A stretch of DNA of 64,000 nucleotides from Antedon mediterranea (lineage: Eukaryota > Animalia > Echinodermata): NCBI RefSeq assembly GCF_964355755.1, contig NC_092673.1:16092948-16156947 (forward strand), in the 5' to 3' direction. Shown here piece by piece: positions 27,251 to 40,580 of the stretch (its first letter is position 1; each line of letters starts with the position of its first letter). A program made the position numbers and the translations under genes. The notes below the pieces were generated by a model that saw nothing but the letters and a program-made list of their open reading frames with translations, had not been told where the DNA came from and searched no databases.

Positions 27251-30200
27251 GTTCAAGTTCAAGTTCAGAACAACATCGTAGAAGGTAAATATTTTTTTGA
27301 TTAACACCACTCTCTTATTACCACACTCGGACTGTTAAAATGTAATTACAGTCTTACAGTTTTAACTATAGAGCTACAGCCACTACCGTATAACTCCTAT
27401 TTAGGGGTGTTCCTTGAATATAAAAATCCCCCTTTTTGTTTTACGGGAAAAACTGTAATTTTTTTCACTAAAAAATGTGTACGCATACATAGTGAATGAG
27501 TGGCCCATCGGTTAAGACAATGGAACCGTAAGACATAGCCATAACATCGGCAAGGGTTCCAGGCTCATTCACTTTATGGTTCAGGTGGTAGAACAATATA
27601 AACTGTAGAGTTCCAGTGTACACATCTGGCTCTTTTGCACTTTAAAGAACCTAGTACATCTTTCAAGACGAATAGGGGTTACCCCGGTGTACTAGTATAC
27701 ACACACACACACACACAGCAACTGTCATATACAGCCACTTATCTAGGGAGCCGCACATCCTTTAGGGACAAATGAATAAAATAGAAATAAACAAAAATAT
27801 TTATTGCTGTATGCATGTGATGGTGTTTCTGTGGGATCTCCACTTGTCCTAGTATAGTATTACCTATATTTAATGACGGAATTGAAAAAGTAAAGTCGGT
27901 CTTCCAACAAAGAAAATATTCTCTCCAATTCAATGAATACACAACATTCATTTTTGTCTGTTTAATCCCTACTGTCTTAAAGCAGTTATGTAATCACCAC
28001 AAAATTGACCACTTCAACCTTGAATTTGATGTCAAGGCAAGGTGGCTGGAAGAATGGCGGCGCTCAAATATTCAATTATTAGGTTTTGGTTGGATTATTC
28101 GTTGGTCCATCTCATAGCACAAATTTTCTTGTTTCAGAAAAGACTGGTCATCCATTAGTGTCACTTTAAATGTTAAAATAATATCCTTTTAAAACAAAAT
28201 CAATTTGAAAGTAAATTTATCACGATGACATCAGTTCATTGCTTGGAAGATGTATTATACTTTATATGGCCTTGTTTCTTTTGAATAGTGTCGAATAAAC
28301 CGTTTGTTTAGACTGACCGCATTTCTGCTAAATTTGTGCTTTTAAATAACTCTTTAAATTGGTGGTTAGTCGTTGACAAAATTACATTACCCAAAATGCA
28401 ATGCAATCAAGCAGTCAAACATATAAGGCCCTGTTTCTGCTGCCAAAGCTGCTGTTGAAAGTGAGAGGCGTAAAACTTCCTTTATTGCGACTTTTAAATA
28501 TCGAACAAATAAATGAATGGCAATTTAAGTAAAAAGGATGAATTTTAAAATGACCACCAAAGAAGTATTGTTAGCAGAAAAGGGGTACTAAAAATACCAT
28601 ATTTTGAGCAGTTGCAGCAGAAACAGGCCCTAAGATTCTATATACAATAAAATATTATTTTGCGTTGCAGCTAAGTTGCACAGCAATAACCAGTTAAATG
28701 GCATTCTAGCCTCCAATCATTTAAGCCTGTTTTTCTGTCGATCGTTAAGTTGCGTTCAGTTTAAAATCGTTAACGATTAACAGGAAAAGGGGGTAAAAAT
28801 CAACTTTAAAAATCATTAAAATCTGCAATAGTTAACAATTACGGTTGTTACGATCGTTAAAACTGACCAATCAAATGGTCCACAAATTACATCATTGCAG
28901 TTTGTGATGACAGTGGCGTAACAGGCGGGGGGCAGGGGGCGGAATACCCCCCCCCCCCCCCTGGCGGATTTTACCGGGTTGAGAAGCGTTCGATCGGGCT
29001 GGGTAACAAGTCAAAAAAATAAAATAAAATACAAAGAAGGGATAGAAGAAAGAAAAAGAAAGAAAATATAAGAATAAAATATACGATATACGGTATGATA
29101 TGGCTTCAAATGAGTCACAGTACAGTATGATATTCAAGTAAGATGATATGAAATACACAAAATCCTGACTGACCACTCTTGGGAAGACGCACTGCTTATC
29201 AGTACATTAACATGCGGTCAGTTGACTGTGGTTTTTGGCGTCTTTTATCTAAGCCGCCATCGCGGGCATCTCATACACAATTGTGACGCTGTGCTGTGCG
29301 TGTGAGGCCACCTTAAACAAGAAATATTTCTTACAAAAAACGCCGCGTAACTTTTTGACTGGACAGTTGTAAGAACAGCCTTCATTAATCTAATATAATA
29401 GGTCGGCCAATCAAAACGCAAGTGAACAATTGGGACTTTACTTGTGATTTATGTCATTGGCCTGTCAGCACAGTCGTTTCTTTCTAGAATTAAACGCACA
29501 AACTTGTATTGGGAATAATGTATGTTTATGTGGTTATTACTATCGCATTTAGGTATTGATAATAATAATAATATGGCTTTTGAATATATAATTACTGTCT
29601 GTAGAATAACGTTTATACATTTTCGGTTCGCGATGAAAAGTTATATGAATGGATTTGTAATATAGGTATTTATAATAATAGTATATGGGTTGTATTATTG
29701 CTAAGCTATCACCAAATCGCGTTATAACATTATTTCACAGGGTTTTTTGCACCATTGATCAATACCAAACGCGTATCTGTATTATAGTTTTTAATGAATC
29801 ATTACATTACTAAAAATACCCAATTAAATCAATCGCGTCAGTCCAATTCCGACTTATGTTTCGATCACATAGTTCTGTGTCTACACTGTCCCAACTAGTT
29901 TAACAAAAAAAGTGTGATGTGCCCAAATATGGTAGTGATATGCCCGAATATCGTAGTGATATGACATCGTCATGTCTATATAATATGGGCACATCATATT
30001 TAGTTTGATAGTATAGACAGAGCTTAAGGATTATATTTAAAAAATGTTTTCTTACATTTTGAAAAAAAAGTATTTATTTGTTTATAAGCCCAATTTTCCA
30101 GTCTTAATTTTACATTTTGAAAAAAAAGTATTTTATTTATTGATAAGCCCAATTGTGCAGTCTTATTTTACATTTTGAACGAAAGTATTTATTTGTTGAT

Positions 30201-33200
30201 AAGCCCAATTTTGCAGTCTTATTTTACATTTTAAACGAAAGTATTTATTTTTTGATAAGCCGAATTTCCAGTTTAATAATAATGACCCCTTCCACAGTGC
30301 TTATACCATATACATTTTACATGATATTGACCGTGGGTTCTTTACGCCTCTGATGCATTTGTTTTTATTGTACCTTTTTAATAAATTATTATATGTTTAG
30401 GCCAAATCACACCCAATTTAATGAAACGGTCAGATTCTGATTTCAATTGAACGAAAGTACAGTAGTACTGTATTATTCATTGATAAGCCAAGGGTCCCAT
30501 GGCGTTAGCCGATATCTTGAGCATTTGACTCATGTCAACCTGTAACACAAATCATTCTTCAAAATCTAAAGAAAGAACCTCACACGTCTTTTTTGTGAGT
30601 GATACACTATGGATATGCCCACGAAAATAATATGTGGACATTGCAAACAATCATAGGCCTACAGTAACAAACATAACATGGCTAATAAGCATAGCAATGA
30701 CTGGTTTGTTTTCTAGTGGATTTTTATTTACTTTAGCATGTAGAATAAAACTAGTAACAGTGGCTATATTAATAATTATACTGATTATCCTTGATGTTAT
30801 CGCGTCTAATAACAAAATATTTTGTTGTTGATAAGCCCAATTTTGCAGTCTTAATAATGACCCTTCCACAGTGCATTTTACATGATATTGACCGAGGGTT
30901 TTTACGCCTCTATAGCCACTGATCAATACCATAATTAATGTACTTTTTTTAATGAAAATTGAAATGTTTCAACATACCCAATTCAAAAAACGGTCCGTTT
31001 TCGAGTTCAATCTTTTGATTAGAGAGGTTGGAGTTTCATTTTGAACGAAAGTATTTATTTGATTGATAAGCCAAATTTCTAGTCCTAATGATTTGAGATT
31101 CAACGGGTTTTGCTTTCAATTGTATAATAATATAATTATATATATATATATAAATATAATATTAAGTATAATTATGAATTCACCAACACTTTCAGGCCCA
31201 ATAACAATGATCCCGGGCCCGAGTTTTTGTAGACCGGACTTCCATGCACAGCCACATGTTAAGGAATATGAATCTCTTTATGATTTTAATATGGTTCGAA
31301 ATTACACAACAACGATTAGACAGCAACTGTGCAAGAGTCCAACTAATAAAATCGGAATGATCAATTAATTAAACATTTACAGCATAAGGCCCATACACTA
31401 GGACGATAACGATCGACGATATAGACAAATATGCATTTTTAATACATAAACCAAAAGAAATATAAACAATTCCTTTGATGAAAATTATATTTTCACACGT
31501 CCAATCAAATGACGTCATGATTAGTAAGACCATTAATATCGTGACAATACAGCGATTTTATTGTTTTTATTTATCATGACGTCATTTGATTGGAATTTGA
31601 AAAACATTATTTTTATCAAAGACAGCATAAATGATTATCCTATAGGTCTAGAACGAAAACCTTCTAATTTCTTTTGGTTTATGTAAAAAAAATGCATGCT
31701 ATATATTTATCGTCCGTCGTTATCGTCATAGTGTAATTGGGCCTTTATACAAAAAAAATAAATTGATTACGAAGTTACATGTCATTTTCACCTATCACCA
31801 AAAAACTAACACTAATTAATTGTTACGAAGCCAATTTATATTATATATTTCATTAAATCTGAACTTTACGGTAAATGAAGAGTAAGTATCAGTTAATATG
31901 AATAATATAACTAGTAGGTCTATGAACTTGCGTCCAGACACAGAACTGTGACATTACTATCATAAATGTTGAAACCACTTATAAAACCTTTTTTTAAAGA
32001 AAATATAATTGTATTAGGAGAAGGCTAATAAACAAATAGATAATGTACAAACCTTTTTCTGGATTAATTAATGGAGCACGCGTTAATAGTAATCTGCTGC
32101 TGCTACCTAGACTGATTGTTCACCTTCTGACGATAATTGATTAGACCCCCCCCCCCCCCCACGGCATCTGATAACCAAAAAAAAATTTACCAGGACTGTT
32201 TCAATGATTTAATATCTGACGGCGTATTATTATAACATTGGCCTAGATTGACAGTCAAAAGAAAGTCATTGTAAATACCTCCCTTTATGTTGACAGAGCC
32301 AAAATAAAGTTTTGACCATTATCGAATGATTATTTGACTTATTATATTATACTTATTATAACACCGGCCTGGTTGACAGCAAAAACGAAGTTATTATTTA
32401 TTGAACAAGATTTTACAGATTTCCGTCTACATCTCAATAATACTGTATTATCAGCAAAGGCTTTCATATAGACTCTTTTCTCCCAGACGTTTTTTGGGTC
32501 CAGCAGCTACCTATAAATTATAGTCGAGTTTCCAAATTCACAAAACTGTCAGCCTTAGATACTAAAGCTACCGCTATGAAACAGCTTATTAATGAATATG
32601 TCCTCCTGGGACATAGCTGGCTAGAGCCGCGGCGCGAAAAATACACTCCTACTAATCGTATGTAACGCGCTAGAGATCAGCAAAATGAACGTACTTTCGT
32701 GGCTGGCTGTCACTCCAATACTCAATCTTTCACAGGCATACTAACACAACACTACGATTGTTTACTACAGGTCACGTCTAGTCAAGCCTTAATAAATTTA
32801 ATTAATATAAATCGACATAAGAATATAAAGTATATATTAACTAAAATATAAAAACCTAACACTAAATTTACAAGATAAATTCTATTTGATAACTGCTGAA
32901 CATCGTGGTTCTGGAGCTAGCCGTACACAGAGCATAGTTGTTTGCTTGACATAAAAGGGTATTCCCCTACACAGGTCTCTGCGTGCGTGTGACGTGCCCA
33001 GCCAGCTGCTTGATAGTATAGAGAGAAAGCATGCAGCGCACGACGCAAGTGCAAGATGCAATGGTTGAGTGAATTCAGGGATCACCTTAATTCCATGGTT
33101 TGTTACCTAAACACCACATGATGGTGAATATGCCTGTTAAAGTCTCAATGATACGATCCCTTAATGTACCATGTTGTTGCTAGGAGGCTTAAAGGGAGGA

Positions 33201-35265
33201 GGGATCTAGCCTAATTTCGGTCGGCAAGAGAATGCCGTCCTCTGACAATTTAAGATCGGCAATAAGGTCGGCAATTGAAATTCGTGGGCTGGAAATTTCA
33301 CCAAATTATATAGTTCATAAACAAAAGAGTTTAGCCGGAAATGCGATTTGCGGCCATACATAGGCCTATAGAGAAAAAAAAAATTCGAGGGTATGGTTCC
33401 ACTAAACAATTTAACGATCCACCCCGCCGTCAAACCTGGTTACGGCCCTGTTTCAGTCTTCTAACCGGAAAAATTACTACCTTTGCCAGGTGCGGATCCA
33501 ATGTTAGATTGGGTTTTCACATGTTCAAATGTTATGTCACCTGAGTTTTTAACGGTGGAAAATGTACGATCATTTTGCTGATTGCTGTGCAATAAATGGG
33601 AGTGTTATTTCCAGGCCAACTACTACTAGTTAGGCGCCATTTATCATGAATTTTATGTGCGAGAGTACCATTTCCGACGATCTAGGGGTGTCATTTACCA
33701 AAATTCGCTTCGCCACAGCCCCCACCATGGGGGGGGGGGGGGGCTGGGGCTCAAGTACTTGGTGTCTGGAAGGATTTTCCCCTCTTTGCCCCCCCCCCCT
33801 GACAAGACCCCCTTGTTACGCGGCTGTGTGATGATGATGATGGTACGCGCTGACAATTCTTGAATTTTTACAACGCGACGATGTTTTTCACTTTTTTGTA
33901 CACTTTCAAGGCATGATATTTCAAAACAACAAGTGCAAGTCAAATTAAATTATAATATTACAACAATTAAATTTAATGTGTGTCTTTAATGAAGGCGTAG
34001 ATTAAGATATCAACGAAAGCATGTCCTAGGCTGGGTTGAAGCATCAAAACCCGTAACTTTTTCAATTTTCACGTGGCTGGCCTTGGTTTTGCAACACTTC
34101 ACGTCCGCGTGTTCCTGCAACGCTCGGAAGAACCAAGAAACTATGAACGATCGCGTAAAATATGTGTAAATATTAGCGGTCTGGCTTGATCATCGTCATT
34201 ATTATTTTATTTTCAACTTTACCGATTTTAAACTCGACGCAACTAAATGATTGACAGGAAAACAGGCTTTATGTGTTTTTTACTGTTATTTTCACATTAC
34301 CATTTATAAATGCCAGTTAAAAGTGGTTATTCCCATTTCTGCTGCCAAGAAATTTGGGGTAATTAATTCACACAGTTATTAATACATTTTTTTGTGTTAC
34401 TGCATTCAAATGGTTCAATAACTTTTTATTTATTATTTCACACCTAAGAACATATGAAATGATTCCCATTTCAATGATTGAGAGTACAATGATGATGTGC
34501 TACTGCTGGTGAATAATGTGTGTTTAAATACCAACCAATGTGAAAGGGAACATTTTGAATGCCTTCCTTCCACATTCCATTGGAGTTCACTCCATTTAAT
34601 AGAAAGTCAATCTATCATTCATTATAGTCATATACTAATTATGTGTACATCTTTATTTATAGGCTGACTAAAAAGGACATTTTCAAAGGTAATTTAATTT
34701 ATATATATATAAATCCAAAGGCAAATTACTACTTGTCAAAAAAACTTCATTTTTGAACAAGAGGCAAGAGTTATAATTTGTGATTTGTAATTTTAAAACA
34801 TAATTTGATTTAATGGGCAATTTTTTTGCTGGGAGTAGTTTAAAAAACCTATTTCTTTTCAAATTCACTCGTTTGATTTTCGCGTTGCTGTTCTATTGTT
34901 AGTCAACTGAAGCTATTGTTAATTGAAAGGCTTGTTACATAACCATTGCACCAAACTCGCATACACATGCTTGTAATGATATTAGCCTAAATCACAAACA
35001 GCATTAAGACACACACAAATATATATATTTCTTTTTATCGGAGAAATCTTATGTAGGAGAATTTTACAGTATGCACTCTCGGAGTGGCTTTCTAGTTATT
35101 AATTGCAACAATTTTGTTTGTAGTCCCTAAATTGATAGAAAAATTTAAACAAAACAGGGAACCTTTCTCATAATTTCTCTTTTAATTTCAGAGTGTATTA
35201 TTCTGGCAATTTGTTTGCTTTTGGTCATAGTCATGGTAATCTTGATAAATGAATATAAAGAATAG
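27251..35265 (+). CDS. 3' cassette 2: near-identical duplicate of cassette 1, terminal exon truncated after TM1
   Basis: Exons 27251-27284, 34663-34688, 35192-35265. A 1-nt deletion (gaatag versus gaaatag) creates TAG at 35263-35265. Confidence 0.6.
29870..30027. mobile_element. MITE (family also at about 39412-39543)
   Basis: tgtctacact... / ...agtatagacagagct ends, internal gtgatgtgcccaaatatggtagtgat repeats shared with 39418-39470. Confidence 0.55.
30048..30275 (+). repeat. About 57-bp tandem repeat, about 4 units
   Basis: ttacattttgaa...aagtattttatttgttgataagcccaattttgcagtctt repeated, with isolated units at 30460, 30820 and 31040. Confidence 0.75.
31386..31746. mobile_element. Fold-back MITE
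   Basis: aaggcccatacactaggacgataacga / tcgttatcgtcatagtgtaattgggcctt, with arms complementary along most of the length. Confidence 0.7.
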
Positions 35266-36455
35266 CAGATGCTGTCAGTAGCATAGTATTGGCTGTAACT
35301 GTGGTGGGATATGGCTTATATGTATGTAGAAAAATATACTCTTATCATCGGAGAGAGCGATAATGAGACTAATTCATGTCAACTGCCTTAACTGGCAATT
35401 CAACCATCTACAATTGCTTAGAACAAGAGAAAAGACATTGTAAATCAATGACTCTAGCCATCAGTGCAATCTCGGTGGTTCAGAGAGCTGTTAGTCTGGT
35501 ACGTGGTAATGGGTTTAAGTCTCACCCGAGAATTACTTTTTTCAGTGTTCTCAGTATGTACTTAGTATAAAGTAAAGTTACGTCAGAGTAGGGCAAAAAT
35601 CTGACCAATTACAAAAGACATTATTCATCTAGCTATACTACTCAAATTGTTTGTAACAGATTGTTTGTTAGCATATACTGTACAACATTCCAAAGATTGT
35701 AATTGATTTAGTAGTATTACCATGGACGAAATATATACAGATATTGTACTGTATATTTCCTCCATGGTATTACCACCAGCTAGGAAGTCATGTTTATTTG
35801 TATATTATATATTGTTTGTTTGTATATTTGTCTATGGCAAAGGTAAAGGAATTAAATAAAACTTTGTCATACTGTAATTCTAAAGAAGTTAAATTTGGGT
35901 CAAAGGGTAAGCTTTGCAGTTGAGCTTGACAGCTATAGACAGTAGTCCAACTCAATCAGGAATGCCGAATCACTCGCCACATTCGAACAACTCCTCAAAT
36001 GCCACCTTTTAATTTGCATTTTCAACATTTTTGCATTTTTTGTTGACTGTTCAGCGCTTAGAGATTTAGAATAAAATGATCACCTATTGTTATAATTAGA
36101 ATCTACAAAATATAACAATTGATAAACATTGATAATAAATTGCAAGCTCAAGAAAACAATAACATATAATATTAACAATATACACAAATACATCAAATGT
36201 CATTGTTACAAAGGTGAACTTTCAATTTGGTTTTAAATGTGTTTATGTTGGTGATTGGTCATTGCAGTATAAGCTAGATTGTGCCCTGTGCTACTAACAT
36301 GTGTTAACTTAATGTACATTAGTGAAATAGATTAAACCTAAATTGAGCCAGATTATAACCTTTGACTCCATATGCATGGTAAAAGATCCTTCTTTCAGGC
36401 AATGTATAAATACAATTACTGTACTCAACTGTTTAACTGTTGCTTGCAATTACAG

Positions 36456-38327
36456 GTATTGCTACTTCAAGTTCAGACCAACGTCGTAGCAGGTAAATAT
36501 TTTTTTGGGTAACACCACTCTCTTATTACCACACTCGCACTGTTAAAATGTAATTACGGAATTGTTTTAACTATAGAGCTACAGCCACTACCGTATAACT
36601 CCCATTTAGAGGTGTTCCTTGAAAATAAAAATCCCCATTTTTGTTTCACGGGAAAAACTGTATAATTTTGTCACTAAAAAATGTGTACACAATGTAGTAA
36701 TATATATAATGTACTGTACAAGATACAAGTGAATGAGTGGCCCATCGGTTAAGACAGTGGAAGAACCTAGTACATCTTTCAAGACGAATAGGGGTTACCC
36801 CGGTGTAGGCCTACTAGTATACACACACGTCACACAGCAACTGTCATATACAGCCACTTATCTAGGGAACCGCACATCCTTTAGGGACAAATGAATAAAA
36901 TAGAAATAAACAAAAATACTTAGTGCTGTATGCATGTGATGGTGTTTCTGTGGGATCTTTTGCTTCTAAATAACTGTTTAAATTGGTGGTTAGTCGTTGA
37001 CAAAAACCGTTAACATTACCCAAAATGCAATGAAATCAGGCAGTCAAACATATTAAGATTCTATATACAATAAAATGGCCATTATTTTGCGTTGCAGCTA
37101 AGTTGCACAGCAATAACCAGTTAAATGGTGTTCTAGCCTGCAATCATTTAGGTTTTTTACTGTTTTTTTTACATTGCATTTATATATGCCGGTTAAAACT
37201 ACTTCTGCCAAGAAATTTGGGGTAATTAATTCAAACAGTTATTAATACATTTTTTACAGCAGAAACATGTCCTAAAATTATTTTGTGTTACTGCATTTGA
37301 ATGGTTCAATAAATTATTATTATTTCACAACCGGAAATTTAAGGATATGCTGCATAACCAGGCATATTAGAACTCAATGTAATAATAGTTTTTTTAACTT
37401 GTTTATCTAGGACGCCGTTCTGCAACCTATGGGTCGCGACCCAATGTTTGGGCCGCGGAAAAAAAGTGATGTGTTGTGAAATTGTTTCCGATACTGAAAC
37501 TTTTTATCAATCATGCAACATACAATGATCTATATGTGAAATATTCTCAGTTTTGTAGAATAGACAACGCTGATTACATTTTATATCTACAGGCTACAGG
37601 GGAGGGGGGGGGGGGGCTGTAAGCTCAAATACGCAATTTTGGGTTGCGAGAATTCCCAAAATAGGATCATGGGGTCGCGGTCAAAAAAGGTTGCGGAATG
37701 CTGATTTAGGCCATTAATAACACTATTAGTACATTGAAATATACTTTTAACATGTTGCCATGTCATGAACAATTTGTGGTCTAAATGTAGGCCTATGATA
37801 CTAAACTTGTAAGCAAAATGTCGCAGGTACAAGTAGAAATCAATGTTATATTTATATTGTAAGTATTTAAATGATATACCAAATTAAAACCAAAATTTGT
37901 CAAAAATGTTTTTAATTATATGTACAATTTTATTTATAGCTTGAAAGAAAGGATGTGGACATTTTTGAAAGGTAATTCCACTTTTCTACTTTAAAAAAAA
38001 ACCAATCCCTTTTTTTTTAATGGAACTACTGCTAATGTGATTTATAATAAACTATTAGTAACCCGTGCTCCGCACAGTCTTTTTCTAACTTAATATGTGG
38101 TTATACTTTGCATGGGCAAGTATAATAAAAGCGCACTCTGATAAAAGTACTTTGACAAATTATCAAAATAAAAACAAATTGTATCACAAATAATAATTCA
38201 CCGTTTGATTTCAGAGCACTGGAAGATAGTTTCATCAGTTATTATTATTATCTTACTTGCAATCTTCATAATCTTGATAATTGTATATGAAGTAATACCA
38301 GCAATTCCCAAAGGTATTGATTTGTAA
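36456..38327 (+). CDS. 3' cassette 3: diverged micro-exons plus a single-TM terminal exon
   Basis: 36456-36492 (phase 1 to 2), 37940-37971 (2 to 1), 38215-38327 encoding EHWKIVSSVIIIILLAIFIILIIVYEVIPAIPKGIDL*. Confidence 0.65.
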
Positions 38328-38856
38328 CTGTTGTTTCATTTATTTTGTACGACAATTCAACAATTACTACAACAATATATTTGCTCCCTTACCGGTATTG
38401 AATACCTGGTATATTTTATTTGGTAGACATTTTTTAATTTCAGATAGTTTAAATTTTTTATTTCTATTTCTACCTGATGAAATTAATTGATAAAACACAT
38501 TTAGTACAACTAAAATTAGAAATGTTTTCAGTAATAAAGACCCATTCCTTTTGATCTTAAATCCAATTTCGTCTATAATTTAATTGTGTAGGCTGTTATG
38601 CCTCTTACATCGGGGAAACTTCCCGACATCCAAAGAAACATGTTTGCAAAAATGTTTTTTATCAAACTCAAAGATTATTATAATTTTATTTTATTATGCT
38701 GTTGGAAGTTTGGCAACATTATTCACGACATGACCTTAAACACTTCAGTGTCAGTCAAGGACTTACAAAAGTTGGAAAATCTCCGTAAAAGCAGCAGCTG
38801 GTACTAAACTACTTAAAAAATTGTACATTATATTTTTACTTTATAATTGATTTCAG

Positions 38857-39068
38857 AGATCTTGAAGATAGTTGCAGTAGTTTGTGTTGTTTTATGCGCA
38901 ATCTTTGCAATCATGATGATTGTATTTGATGGAGTAGTAGCAAGAATTGGCAACGGTATTGGTTTCTTTGTAACTGTTGTTTCATTTATCGTAGTACTTG
39001 TACTTAGTGTAAATGAGAAGTCTCCTACTCAGTCTCTGACAGCTGACAATTCAACAATCAATATCTAG
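38857..39068 (+). CDS. Alternative terminal exon 4 with two predicted TM helices
   Basis: gatttcag|ag atc ttg aag..., phase 1. Encodes EILKIVAVVCVVLCAIFAIMMIVFDGVVARIGNGIGFFVTVVSFIVVLVLSVNEK...*. Paralogous to 38215-38327. Confidence 0.7.
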
Positions 39069-39674
39069 TAATTGTAGCAAATGATTTTACATTTCCTTCC
39101 TATGTTATTTAAGTAAGCCTATAGTTTTATTTATCAGAAACTGGTAAAACTTTTCCAGAATAATGCATGACTAAAGATCTAGAAGCAGTTAAATTTCTGG
39201 TGTTCAGCATCAAAATAACAGATGACCCAAAATGTAACACAACCATGTGTCAAACTTGGATCCTGTTGATAATCATTTCTTATATACAATGTGTGTGATT
39301 AGTCTGTTTAGATCAGGAAAGATTGATTTGAAGATCTTTTTGTTTTTGATGGTTTTTTGAAGACTTATTTGCACTAAAGTCAATATGGCTACAGAATGTT
39401 GAGAAACAGCTAAAAAAGTGTGATGTGCCCAAATATGGTAGTGATGTGCCCAAATATGGTAGTGATATGACATCATAATGTCCATATATGGGCATATCAC
39501 ATTTTGTTGTCACATAAAGTTTGATAGTGTAGACAGAGCTTTAGCCTATTATTATTTTAACATAAACTTTTTCAGAAAAATACAAGTCACTCTGTGTTCC
39601 TTATTGTCTGTAATGTGAAATTTTCAAAATGTTGCCTTCCTTCTGACTGAAATTGCTACATTGATTTTGAAATT

Positions 39675-39880
39675 AGGGACTTTACGAATTAAACACGACG
39701 GGAAGCCATAGGACGGTGCTCATGAATAATTTATGCATGCGCTTTAACAAAGTGAGCACTTTGAGAACGATAGGTGATGGATCGGAGAGATATACGTCGT
39801 CTTCTGTATATGATTTTACGCTCTAGCGAACACAGGATATTCGTCGTCCTCCTCTAACCATCGTGTTTCGTAAAGTCCCT
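39675..39880. mobile_element. MITE with 3-bp TSD (Harbinger-like)
   Basis: TIR agggactttacga / tcgtaaagtccct, ATT on both sides. Confidence 0.65.
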
Positions 39881-40065
39881 ATTGTAAAATACAGTCTACT
39901 CTCCCAACCAGAACATTTATGAAAAAGACCATTATATTTTATTTTAAATTAAGTATGTCTGGCTTCTTAAGAATAGTTTGCTACTTTGGTATTACAGGGA
40001 TAAAAAACAAGAAAATAATGAACATAGTAGAGTACCAACCAGTTTTATGTTGTAAATAATATTAT

Positions 40066-40568
40066 TGTTACCGTAGGCGTCCATCATAAATAAATTACAA
40101 ATTTTGTAGATACTGATGTTCCTTTATTTATTCTCTGAACTATCTCTTGTATCTCTACAAATTACAGTATCATTAGCAACTTGAATAAACACCGTGAAAA
40201 CTATAATAAAACAAAGATTAGCATTACAATGTAGGCCTAATCATATCATCATCGTACAGGCAGACAAGCACAGGTCTGACTCATGGGGCCGGGGAACATG
40301 ATACCCTAAGGCTTAGGGCTAGCTCTCAGCAATGAAGTAAAACTCAACTAATTAAAAATACAAGTCATAAGTTATAATTACAATCACATGAATAACCATG
40401 TGTAAATACCTTGTAGCCTTATTGGAGCCTATGGTAAAGATACTTTTAACAATGATTATCTCTAAACTTTATGTCATAAAAAATGTCTTATAAAATGTCT
40501 TATTCTCTCTTATCACTTTTTATCTATTTGAACTCTAGAGGGCCTCCTGTAAGTAGGCTGCAGTTGCA
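40066..40568 (-). repeat. 3' LTR
   Basis: No difference from 43604-44106 seen by eye. Confidence 0.93.
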
Positions 40569-40580
40569 CTCCCACCCAAA

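Larger units (their letters stand above)
28911..33826. mobile_element. 4.9-kb non-autonomous hAT-like element
   Basis: Termini CAGTGGCGTAACAGG / CCTTGTTACGCGGCTG, 8-bp TSD TGTGATGA (28903-28910, 33827-33834), absent in copy 1, no transposase ORF. Confidence 0.8.
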
